Below, in pieces: positions 1 to 11,400 of a stretch of DNA of 64,000 nt. Source of the stretch: Patellaria atrata CBS 101060 (taxonomy: Eukaryota). A model generated the notes under the pieces. The model was not told where the DNA came from. It made no database searches and worked only from the letters and a program-made list of their open reading frames with translations. The stretch spans positions 186,001-250,000 of the forward strand of contig MU006101.1 of the NCBI GenBank assembly GCA_010093705.1, in the 5' to 3' direction. The position numbers were made by a program, and so were the translations under genes. Position 1 is the stretch's first letter; the number at the start of each line of letters is the position of its first letter.

Positions 1-1023
1 AGAGAAAGATAAAAACGACCTCCGATTCGGTGTGAAAAATGGTGTTGACATGATATTTGCTTCCTTTATCCGTCAAGGGAGCGATATCAAGGCCATTCGT
101 GACGTCCTTGGAGAAGAAGGAAAGGATATCCAAATCATCGCCAAAGTCGAGAACCAGCAAGGTGTTAATAACTTTGACAGTATCTTGAAAGAGACCGATG
201 GCGTGATGGTTGCTCGTGGAGATCTCGGCATCGAAATCCCCCCCGCTCAGGTTTTCATCGCTCAAAAGATGATGATCACCAAGTGCAACATTGCTGGTAA
301 GCCTGCTATTTGCGCAACGCAGATGCTGGAGTCGATGACATACAACCCAAGACCTACTCGTGCCGAAGTGAGCGACGTCGGTAATGCGGTTCTGGATGGT
401 GCCGACTGTGTCATGTTGTCCGGGGAGACCGCTAAAGGCAACTATCCGCAGGAAGCAGTTACGATCATGCATGAGACCTGCCTATTGGCGGAAATTGCTA
501 TTCCGTACGTTAGTGCTTTCGACGAATTAAGGAGGTTGGCTCCAGTACCCTGCCCGACAACAGAAACATGCGCTATGGCTGCTGTCAGTGCAAGTCTAGA
601 GCAAAACGCGGGTGCTATTGTCGTTCTCACCACCACTGGAAACAGTGCTCGTCTGATTTCCAAGTATCGTCCTGTCTGCCCAATCATTATGGTCACACGT
701 AATGCCCGTGCCTCAAGGGTAAGCGTACCATTTCCATCTTTTGATATTTGTAGCTAATTGAAACGGAATAGTACTCCCATCTCTTCCGTGGGGTCTATCC
801 CTTCTTGTTCAACGAACCCAAGCCCGATTTTAACAAGACACCGTGGCAGGAAGACGTAGATAAGCGTTTGATCTGGGGTATCACAAATGCTATCAAGCTG
901 GGTGTTCTCAATAGGGGTGATCCAGTTATCTGTGTTCAAGGATGGAGAGGTGGTATGGGACATACTAATACTCTTCGTATCGTCCCCGCACAAGAAGATC
1001 TTGGTCTTAACCAGAACGCCTAA
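1..1023 (+). CDS. PYK1: Pyruvate kinase, 3' portion (5' end lies outside the window); intron 719-771
   Basis: Motifs [29 protein letters not shown] and [15 protein letters not shown]. Splicing GTAAGC(719)..TAG(771) restores [11 protein letters not shown] and continues to [13 protein letters not shown] at 1021-1023. Confidence 0.97.
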
Positions 1024-2085
1024 GCGTCGTGAACGTAATAAGTAAGTCCGGCCCCTGGCTATTCACGATAGATATCAGGTACAGGTTGGGGCAAAGCCCT
1101 TACAAGACGGCTATCCACTATCCTGTAACCGAGTGGTTCTTGGATGTTGTATCATTCAATAGAAATGCAAAAATGCTTGACGTACTATTAATTCCAAATG
1201 AAACTGGAAGTGATGACCTGGTCCCATTGTGAACTAGTGGTTGGTGAAGAGAGGCGTCCACGTTAAAATTGAAATCCTCGAGTTGATATAGAAAAGGAAA
1301 TGTGCAGTTATAGCCGCGGCAAGGGGGCTGAGGGGAATGCTGATCCGGTCCCCCGCCCAGCGCATTGGCCACCTCTCAAGGCTTTCCCGTCCCGTCGACG
1401 ATATTTCCTCAACTCATTGAGTTTTATGGCTCTGTTTCATCTCCTGTTAGGTATCTTCCATGAAGCAAATTGATATCAGGTCAGAGATGAATTCTGTTTA
1501 TGTTACTTCTATATCTTCACGCCGGATTTGATACTTCATTAGATTCCCAATACCGAGCAGTCGTCAGAGCACCGCAACTACTGATGTCATATATCTCTAC
1601 TTTTCCCGTCATACTGACTCTCCCATCGGCCCGTCCATATGGTAAACCGAGATTCTATCCCCATGTCAATGATAGTGTATCAGCAGAGTGGGATCGAGAC
1701 TGAACTTATTATGATGACATGGCTCTAGATCTCATACTAGTCCACCGAACCCCCTATCATTATAATCTCAACCATCGGTTTTGCCACTGTAGTTAGCATA
1801 ATGTCTCCAGGAATCTCAAATCGTGTAAGCATCATCACCGTTTCTAAGATCCGGAGCTGTACCGCTCGAAAGACGATCAGAACGGTAAGCTTTACTACGT
1901 TGGTATAATTGTCCTGCTTTAGTTCAGAATTGCGTTTAATTCCAGCCGCGGTTCATTATGATATTGTATAGAATGGCTACCAGATGCCTCCGCCTTTTGT
2001 GTGTGCTTTTTTCAAAGATCTGTTATTGAACTCCTTACTTATCCTGTAGGCATTCCAATCTGTAACCTCATTGTTCCTGTATCCA

Positions 2086-3506
2086 ATGCATGATATACCT
2101 CTTGATGTGCTCCTCAGCTTTCCTCTCCCGAACTACGAAGACCCCGAGGAAAGGGGACCTGCACTGGTCATTGTCAATGCGATCTTTATCTTTCTCGTTT
2201 GTGTAACGGTGGGATTAAGGATCTATGTAAGAGTTCGCATTAAGAGATGGCTTGGTTCTGACGATGCATTCATTGTCCTCGCGTTTGTAAGTTGAGTACT
2301 TACATTTATATCGTCGTAACAGGAATATCTAATTGTCAACCTTAGGTATGTACCATTGGTGTTACAGTTTTACTTACTCTGGCAAATACACGATATGGTT
2401 GGAATCGGCATGTCTACGATATCCCCTTCCACTATGCGGAGGGTACGCTCCCCAATCTAAATTCTCCCCTTTAAAACCCAGAAGGAAACTCATTTATCAT
2501 TTATAGATGCTTTGAAGATTGGTTACGCTTCAAAGTTTCTCTTTATGTTTGCTGCTACGTTCACACGCATGTCACTGCTATGCTTTTATTACCGATTAAC
2601 ACACAACAGTGGTATAAGTTGGTTTAATTGGCTCCTCCATATATCTTCGATATTTGTGGTATCAATCTGTATCTCATATATTTTCGCAAACATTTGGCTT
2701 TGCAGGTATGTCACTATTTAAAAATGTCCAACCTTCACTTTCTGTCTTTCTCCGACGTTGCTCAAACTGATAGTTACAGTCCCATTGAAGCTTATTGGAC
2801 AATTCCACCGAAGCCAGGAAGCACATGTTTAGATGAAGGCATCATCACTCTGGTGCTAGGCATAATTAACTGTGTCGCGGATCTCCTCGTAACCATCCTT
2901 CCTATTCCAATTATAATAAAGCTACATATGCCCATTCGAGATCGGATTGGTGTTATCGTGCTGTTGAGTCTGGGGCTTATCGTCACAGTAGCAGGTATTG
3001 TCCGAACTTATTTCATCTGGAAAAGTCTCATCGCAAGTTACGACCGATCATGGTATTCGTATCCCCTCTGGATTGCTGCAGCAGTGGAGATTGATCTGGG
3101 GGTGGTATGGCTTCATATATGAACGTTCATTATGATACAAGACTAACAAACCTGATAGATCTGTGCATCTGCTCCTGCTCTTCGGCCACTTGTAGCCTCT
3201 TGGTTTACCTATGTTCATTCCGCCGTATCCAATAAAGCAACTGAACATCGCTCGGCATCAACAGAGCTATTTATTTATTCTTCTAGATTTAGAAAGCTTC
3301 TCATGCACTCTAATTCGACAACTGGAAGTACACTGCCCTCTCAGTCACTAACTCTAGTTGCTCAGAGCGTAGATGAGTCTACGGGGCCCGACCTTCGACC
3401 CCAGTTGGACGAACTGGAGCACGGGGTAACGGAAAGAAGATATGAAGTCCAAACACGAAATATCAGAAGCAGCGATGATAGTCACATCAATTATAACTCG
3501 AGATAA
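2086..3506 (+). CDS. PTH11-like (fungal rhodopsin-domain) integral membrane protein without CFEM domain; about 5 exons (introns about 2287-2345, 2443-2506, 2706-2780, 3105-3158)
   Basis: Spliced product shows family motifs LRIYVR..WLGSDD, YGWNRHVYDIP, TRMSLLCFYYRL, DLLVTILPIP and EIDLGVICASAPALRPL, with several hydrophobic helices. The last exon runs in frame into ORF 3303-3506. Confidence 0.85.
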
Positions 3507-4504
3507 CAATAGCATAACTTTCCGCACATTAGGTCCTTCAAACGTTAGAAACATGCTCTTTTTGTGCAGAAACGTCGTGAAAATCGAGATTCAGATCAGT
3601 CATCAGACAGGACTTGAAAGAATACACGTCTCATACATTGAGTTCATGACCTAGAATAGTAAACAGCGGGGTTTATAATACTTTATGTCAGGCACGATTC
3701 GAACTACCTTCACCTCCCCTCCAAATCCGGTAATGAGCCCTTACTTTATATTCAACTCCGAGCGACTTCCCTTCCGTTCCGCCGTGGTGCAGTTGGTGTT
3801 GGTTCTCTCCTTTGTCGGCTGTCTTATCCAATTTCCTTGCAGTCTATATTCGAATCCAGCTAACGCCGAATTCACCATAGCGGAACATTTTTTTTTCTCT
3901 GCACTTTCTACGAAGAATATTCCTGGATACTGCAGGCACTTTTTGCTGGATAATTCGACTGATCCGTTCAGAAGTTCTAAAAAAAGTGGCTTCCTCCAAC
4001 ATGGATACCATTTCCTACAAAGGGTCTTTTCAGATGACCGTTTGCCAACCTTCTAAGCTTCTCAGTCAATCCTAATACATCTCACCTGGGCTATGCAACT
4101 CGTATGATTTAATGCGCAAGCGATTGAGCGTCTAGTATGTACTCCCCGTTGCGTCAACCAAAGGTCTGACTGTTTGTCACTTCAGAAACCTATGACCCTT
4201 TATGGTTTGAACAGAGTGTATAATTAGATCAGGTATATTCATCTCGTGAGCCCTTTGTTCCAAGTCCGTTCTTTGATTAGTTTTGACAAAAGCTATCATC
4301 ACGCTTTGAGTGTTCTCCTTGTAGCTTCTCGTCTTCTCTTCACCTTCTTTGTCCGTAATTATTCTTTATGAAGATAAGGAACCTCGTTATCCATCATATT
4401 TTGACTTCTTAAGATTGACTGACAGCACGCATTAAAAACCTAGACTAAATCATTTTAGAAATCGGAAATTATTTTGGAGCTGGCTCCAAAATAATAGCGC
4501 GCAC

Positions 4505-5641
4505 ATGTTTAGAAACCACCCAGTATCGCCGGTTGCGGCCGGTTTCATTTCTTCGAATTCACCTGTATCACCACTTGTGTCACCGGTAGATTGGAAATAT
4601 GATCCTCGAAAGAACACAACCGCGAAAAGGGGTGTTCCGAAGAGATCAAACGCGCAGTACCACACTGCCGTAAAGCCTATATCGCTTCCAGAACGTAAAG
4701 GAGGACCCCCGCAGAGACCACTCCCGCTAATACCACAGCGAACACCAAAAGCTAAGTACAATACTTGGACGGCGGGACCAGCTGCTGTCGGGTTTGCACA
4801 TGCTAACAACTTTGGTTCTGTCTCTCCAAGCAGACCTGCTAAAAACGAAGACCGTCTTCGTCAAGAGGCTGCTTATGCGTATGGTCATGCGAATGCCAAT
4901 ATGTTCACAGGCCCTCCGCCGTTTAATCCTTACTCTATTCACCGTCGCCTGGTTCAGAGTCGCACATCGAATGCACCCATCCCTGTGGAGGGATCTGGCT
5001 ATTCCGGCCAAATCGCTTCAGCGGGGAATTCGATTCTCACATCTATCCTAATGGAGCCATCTGGACTCCCCTCCAGGCAAGCTCCTACAGCAAAGAAGCC
5101 CAAGTCAGCGGCCGAACTTGCCTCTCGCAAGGTGTTCACGCATGTCATTCCTCCACCTTTACAAGGTTCTCCGTCGAAACCAGTGGCCAAAGCCCCGATC
5201 ATGTTCAATAGGCAGAAATCGACGCATGCTGCTGTCTTTTGTGCTCCGGCAAAGCCATTTTCGAAGTCCAAAGCTCCTCCTAAGCTCTCGACTTTTTCAC
5301 CACCAGCGAACCAGTTTCAAAGAGTCCCAATGACGAATGAGAGGCGGCAACCAAGTAAAACACTTAGCTCCGGTAAGCAGTATTCCAATATGCTCCCACC
5401 ACCAGTTCCGGCTCCACCAAAGATGGCTGCGTGGGCGAGACCGCCTATGTACTCACCTCCAAGAACGCCTAAGGTAAGTACAGGTAAGAAAGCTGGAGAC
5501 CTCAAAAAGGTGACCCCTCCTAAGCCGGTAAAGGTCTCGAGGCCGAAACCTGTCAAGTATCAGAATCCTAAGCCGGTCAAGAGAGCAAAACCTGCGAAGA
5601 GACATGCGCAGAAGAAAAGTTCAAGCTGTGTTGTTATGTGA
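4505..5641 (+). CDS. Orphan Pro/Lys/Ser-rich, probably disordered protein with C-terminal polybasic region and CaaX box (CVVM)
   Basis: Single 378-codon ORF with PKPVK repeats, ending KKSSSCVVM-stop. Confidence 0.75.
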   Translation: MFRNHPVSPVAAGFISSNSPVSPLVSPVDWKYDPRKNTTAKRGVPKRSNAQYHTAVKPISLPERKGGPPQRPLPLIPQRTPKAKYNTWTAGPAAVGFAHANNFGSVSPSRPAKNEDRLRQEAAYAYGHANANMFTGPPPFNPYSIHRRLVQSRTSNAPIPVEGSGYSGQIASAGNSILTSILMEPSGLPSRQAPTAKKPKSAAELASRKVFTHVIPPPLQGSPSKPVAKAPIMFNRQKSTHAAVFCAPAKPFSKSKAPPKLSTFSPPANQFQRVPMTNERRQPSKTLSSGKQYSNMLPPPVPAPPKMAAWARPPMYSPPRTPKVSTGKKAGDLKKVTPPKPVKVSRPKPVKYQNPKPVKRAKPAKRHAQKKSSSCVVM

Positions 5642-6267
5642 GCAACTGGACTTTGTAAGTATTTGTGTACGTCTTGTTTTGTTTTGCAGTTTGGACTTTT
5701 TCTTTTTTTCTTTTTGGAATGCAAAGGAAAAGGTAAGTAAAAGGTAAGTGTGAGTTAATTCTCTGGTTAAGGGGAAGGTAAGTATTCAGTATTTTTCATT
5801 CAAAGGAAGTAAGTGTTATCAGTTTTTCATTATTAGTTTACTTCATATTTTTTTCTCAATAAATCTCAATTCTCAACTTTATCAGTAGTTCATAATATCT
5901 CCTATATCTTAGAACTTTAAGATCTCTCTATTCCTAAGCGCTCGTCATCTCCCTCACCAATATCAGAACGTACAATAGTCCTCGAATTACAGTGTTGTTG
6001 ACCCTTTACAATGCCCCCGATGTTTGACAACATTGTCCCATACGGGATATTGGTCACAAATCAACTGATGGACAATCATTGTGTCGTAACGTCCCTATAA
6101 TTACCTAACATTGTGCCTGGATAATCTTCACTCTAACACTTAGCAAGAAAGAATGAGCGAGTATATAATCTCTGAACTCAATCTTCGAAATACTTTCCAA
6201 TTTTCACAAACCAATTACAAACCCAAATCGAACACCACAGCGAGTAAACCAATAATCACACTAAACA

Positions 6268-6289
6268 CAACAACAACAACAACAACAAC
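6268..6289 (+). repeat. (CAA)n microsatellite in the 5' leader
   Basis: About 7 tandem CAA units. Confidence 0.85.
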
Positions 6290-6299
6290 CAAAATCATC

Positions 6300-7604
6300 A
6301 TGGCGTACGTCTCCGACTCTATTAGGAAGCTCCCTTCGCGAATCACATTCGTCAATAGCTTACGAATGATTGACATGAACACTCTAGATGCCGACGACCG
6401 TAAATGCTTCGTGTGCATGAACACCTATTGGGAGGACAGAGGCGACGGCTCAGCCGAGCATCCCGTCCGCATACACGATGGGCATCACATGGGTGTCGAC
6501 TGTGCCATAATCCTGTATACGAACCTGGGAGACCATAAGACCAACAATTGTCCCGTGTGTCGGAAGCAGCTATTCAACGACCGACACTATCTCGCCGGTA
6601 CGCGAGTCTACGAGGGACACAGTCACCCCGTCTACGCCGACAACTACGACGTGGATAGCCCACCCACATACGACGACGTGAACCTGTCGCGAGACATCTA
6701 CTGGGACACCATCAACGACATGATGAACCCGCGCTCGAGCACCGAAGTCACTGCTGGCCTCGTAGCCGACATGTCATTCATCCAAACCCCGATAACAGTA
6801 GACCTCCACGCCGCGATCCACGAACACATCCCCTACCAAACCTACCAGCACGACGCCGCATACATCCTCGAGAACCCGCAGATCGCGCTCCTCGTTGTCT
6901 TCAGCCACGCCGTCTGCGACGCCCTCGTCGGCCTCAACAACCGCCAACTCCCCGTCTGGGATCTCTTCCTGCACCTGCGCGACTCGCTGCGCGCCCGCGT
7001 CGAGAGCAACAGAATTTACCTCATGGCGATGTTCGAGCACCACCGCACGGAGCACACGTGGGAGGACGTGCACAGGGCCCTCGAGTCCCGCATCGATCTC
7101 TTCCTCATGGGTAAGGTTCTCCCGCCTATGATATATAACTGTGGGCGTCGGCTCGGGCGCGCGCGCTGGCCCGGCGTAAATACGCCCGACGCGTTTCTTG
7201 ACAAAGCCTACCAGGCGGTGATCGGGGCGTACGGTGTCATGATCGAGGTATCGCCGGCGCTGCTGCCGTTCAACGGCTGGATCCTGTTTCGGCGGTGGTA
7301 CGGCACGCAGTGGCGTGACCACGACCTCACGGCCGACACGGCGTGGCGGGGTATCATATGGGGGTGCGTGGTGGACAGGTTGAAGGAGATGAGGGGGCAG
7401 AGGATGAGTCCATTCGCGGTGTTTCGGCTGCTGTGTAGGGAGACCGAGGAGAAGGTTAAGGAGGTCCTGTTGGCGGGGATGGTGGATGAGAGGGTTAGAA
7501 AGCAGCTGCTGCCGAGGTGTGGGGAGCGGTTTGCGGCGGATGCGCCGATGATCTATTTGGAGGTTGTTGAGGCTGCGGTTAGGAGGGAGAGGGGATTTGC
7601 TTAG
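6300..7604 (+). CDS. RING-finger-like domain protein (degenerate RING), putative E3-like
   Basis: CFVC..HPVRIHDGHHMGVDC..CPVCR. ATG at 6300 is in a good context (ATCATCATGG). The ORF is open from 6153, but that upstream part is a CAA-rich leader. Confidence 0.7.
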   Translation: MAYVSDSIRKLPSRITFVNSLRMIDMNTLDADDRKCFVCMNTYWEDRGDGSAEHPVRIHDGHHMGVDCAIILYTNLGDHKTNNCPVCRKQLFNDRHYLAGTRVYEGHSHPVYADNYDVDSPPTYDDVNLSRDIYWDTINDMMNPRSSTEVTAGLVADMSFIQTPITVDLHAAIHEHIPYQTYQHDAAYILENPQIALLVVFSHAVCDALVGLNNRQLPVWDLFLHLRDSLRARVESNRIYLMAMFEHHRTEHTWEDVHRALESRIDLFLMGKVLPPMIYNCGRRLGRARWPGVNTPDAFLDKAYQAVIGAYGVMIEVSPALLPFNGWILFRRWYGTQWRDHDLTADTAWRGIIWGCVVDRLKEMRGQRMSPFAVFRLLCRETEEKVKEVLLAGMVDERVRKQLLPRCGERFAADAPMIYLEVVEAAVRRERGFA

Positions 7605-8496
7605 GCTTCTTAGTGTGAGGGTGGCATGATTGAGGAATGGAGTACTTTTATGTTCCTAGGACACTCAAGGTGACGGAGGATGATGTACTATGCAATGGAA
7701 TAGTTACGATCATAATGTAATGGTTCACCCATGAATAAAATCTGTCGAATGCATACTGAAAGAATGTTTAAGAAATGACTAGTGATGTGATAAATACTTA
7801 CACACTCTGGCCTAGTAGATACTATAGGGGATGGATGGAGGCGCTTGTACTGTACAGTACGCTTCTATGAGGAGGACCGAATGTACCATACTAGTTCTAT
7901 TCTTTGTGAGGGACAGTTCTGGTTCTAAAGAAGACGTTTCCCCCAACTGCCCTATACGACCGAGTTATCATACCGTACCGTAGAACTACTATAAAGTTAC
8001 TTACCACACAAAGAACAGTACGTCGAGCTCAGTTCCGGTACTAGGGTGCTACCGTCGTACAATGTAAGACTCAATCCTACAATCCTACGCATAAAAAACC
8101 GCGACGTTCGACGAAAGTTTGATGGCCTCCCTTTTGAGGCCGCGCTAGCTGTATTCAGATCAACGCGTCCCATCTCAGTAGAAAATCCCGACCTTCCGTT
8201 CCGTGGTCTCTTAACTCGACGAAACAACGAGTTGTCAAGACGTTCGATGAAAAGTTTTCAGATTTCCTCTTTGGGATGGTTACATGATTGGGCTTAGGGC
8301 TGACTACAGTATTCAACCAACCTTCACTGTACGAAGATTTGAAGAAACTTGGAGTAATTGGTTATTCGTATCTTCTAATATCACCGCGATGATCCATCCC
8401 TTAACTCTATGAAATACTCATTAATTTTAGAAATTAAAATACTTTAAATAAACCCTTCAACCTCCCTCCCTCCCCCCAACCAAACAACAACAACCC

Positions 8497-11400
8497 CTAT
8501 CTATCCCCTTTCCCCAAAATAATACCTCTCAACACCTCCGCCTCCCCACTCTCCTTCACCAGCCCCGCAAACTCCCCTCCCTTCTCCAGCAGCTCCCCGG
8601 GGCTCCCATACTCCAGCACGCGCCCCTCCCCCATGACCAAGATGCGGTCAAAGTCCGCGATCGTGCTGAGCCGATGCGCAATAACGATCAACGTGCTACT
8701 TCCAAACTCCTCCCTGATGGATCTCTGAATGAGCTCGTCGGTCGCCTTGTCCACGGCTGACGTGGCCTCATCCAGTACCATGATCTTGGGCCGCGAGACG
8801 ATGGCGCGCGCGAGGCAGAGGAGCTGGCGCTGCCCTTGGGAGAGGTTGGAACCCGATTCCGCGATCGGGGAGTGGAGGGTCAGGAGGGCGTTTTTGGTGG
8901 GTGTGTTGGGTCTGTGAGCTTCCTCTGATGATGGGGATGAAGGTGCTGCGGAAGGGGTGGGCGATGTGTCTGCGCTTGGGATCAGTTGGACGCGCTGGAG
9001 TGCGTCGAGGAGTGGTTGGTCTTCGTGCTCATTGAAGGGATCGACGTTAGAGCGGATCGTACCGGAGAAGAGGACCGGGTCTTGGGGTATGATTGCCAGA
9101 CGGCTGCGCAGGTCGTGAAGTTTGATGGTCGATATGTCCAGTCCGTCGATGTAGACTTTGCCTTCTCTAGCTTCGAGGAATCGGAAAAGGGCGAGTGTTA
9201 GCGATGACTTGCCTGCACCGGTCCGTCCGACGACGCCGATGCGCTCATGGCTGTTGACGCTGAAGGTGAGACCTTTTAACACTGGGACGAGATCTGGTGC
9301 ATATCCGACCACTAGGTTATCTACCTCCAAGCGACCTTCGGTAGGCCATGCAGCCGGGGCATCAAGTCCTCCATCATTCTCTGTTTGAAGCTGTGAGTAC
9401 TCCACGATGCGTTCGGTAGCGTTCATACCCAACTCTACGTTGGCGTACTGTCGTAACACCCAGACCACAAAGTCGGAATACTGCAAAACGAATCCTAGTG
9501 CAAAGCCAGCAAGACTGGCGTCAATCTTGCGCAGTGAAACGATAAGTGCGGCTGTGCAGATGGAAAACAGAGCGCCGATTATGCCCAAACGCCACGAAAG
9601 CCAACGGTTAAAGAGCCACATATAAAAGAGCGCTTTTCCATGCGAATCCACTTTGGTGAAGAAATTCTGGATATACTCTGAAGTCCGATCGAATGCGCGA
9701 ATGGTACTTACACCCGCCAATGCGGCACCAAAGTAGTCGAAGATGGGCGACTTCGCGATGGATTCGAGTCGTTTACTCTCTCGAGCTCCCGCGAGATAAT
9801 AGAGAGCATAGTTAACACAAATCGCGAGAAGAACGGCAGATGGTATCAAGATCCAAGGCGAGATAATAAACCTTACCTTGAGGTTAACCACGACATCAAC
9901 ATCAAAAAATAATAGCTCACAACTCACCCTGCTAGGATAATTCCCACAACACCAAGGACATTGTAAAGCATGAAACTGGTGGCATTCGCCATTTCTGAGT
10001 CGATTCTAAGAGAAATATTAGTCATTTCGTCTTCTGCGACGGGTCCTCTACGTACACGTAAAAGTCTGCAGTAAAACGATTCAACACACGGCCGACTGGT
10101 ACAGTATCCACCCATCTAAGAGGGGCACGAAGTACTGCATGGGTGAGATTATCAAACAATTTCCTACTGGCACGTATGGATCCGTGGAAAATCCACAAGT
10201 ATCGTAGTGTGCCCTCGATTGTCAGTGCAAGGGAGATTCCGATATAAATCCAGATATAGAACATTAGGTCTGGATCAGACTTCTTTGTCTCGGTATGAAC
10301 GTGGTTGGTGTTTAGTTGCGATATAAATGCCGTTCTATGATGCGTTGTATCCAGTAAAGCGGACCGAGTATCGTATCGTTGAGTCCAGATAGTAATCCAC
10401 CAGGACTGCCATTGTTAGTATTCTTAGAAAACTCATTCTAGTCAATTATACACACTCTGCCCATAATCAGACCTTGATATCCGATATAAGACACCATAGC
10501 AAGAGCCCAGAACCATACTCCGCCCGTTGCGTTCAAATACTCCTTGTACGTTGACCATGACACATATCCGATCTTCTTCGTCTCTTCCTCCACAAATTTT
10601 TTTGGTTGCTGCTTTCCGTCAGCGATGGCATGACCGTCGTCAACCATATTTGGTTTCGTGGATGCCGCCGAATATCTTCGATGTCGAGAGGTCGAGTGGC
10701 TGCCACTTCGTGCTCGATGAATTTCAGTAGAAGAATAACTTGCTCTCCTCCCAGAATGACTGGATTTCCTCTTAATAATGCTTTCCAAATGAGTTGGAAG
10801 ACCATCTATTTCTTCATCCACTACTGCTTCTACTTCGTCAAATATCCCGTCTAGTTCTCCTGCTTCTGCGAGCTCCTTAACTGGACCGGCATGCTCGACC
10901 TGGCCATCACCAAGTATTACTTGGTAATCTGTCTTGGCCAGACACAACGATACATGATGAGTAACTAAAATCCTCGTACGGCCTTGTGCTAGACTACCGG
11001 TCAAGGCATGCTCAAGGATGTGGCGACCAACATGCGCGTCAACGGCTGAGAATATATCGTCCATAATGAGTATACCCGCTCTGGAATATAAAGCTCGTGC
11101 AAGTGTTATACGCCACCTTTGGCCTAATTGATGTTGTGAGCGTATGTCGAAGAGAACTCCCAGATGAGATCGTACTTACCGCCGCTAAGATTGATACCAT
11201 TTGCGCCAATCTCTGTCAAATCACCGTCAGTGAGCATTTTTAAGTCTTTATCCATTGCACAAGCTTCGATGACTTGCTGATATCTGCTGGCATCATAAGG
11301 AAGACCGAAAAGTACGTTGTCCCTGAATGTGCAGTTTTCGATCCAGGGTTGTTGGCTCACGAAAGCTCTAGCTTCATCAATAATCCAGTTAGACTTATTT

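Noticed and set aside
2346..2351. AG|GTATGT, resembling a recursive splice site in the PTH11-like gene
   Set aside because: The following exon encodes the conserved YGWNRHVYDIP segment, so the match is probably coincidental (Val-Cys codons).
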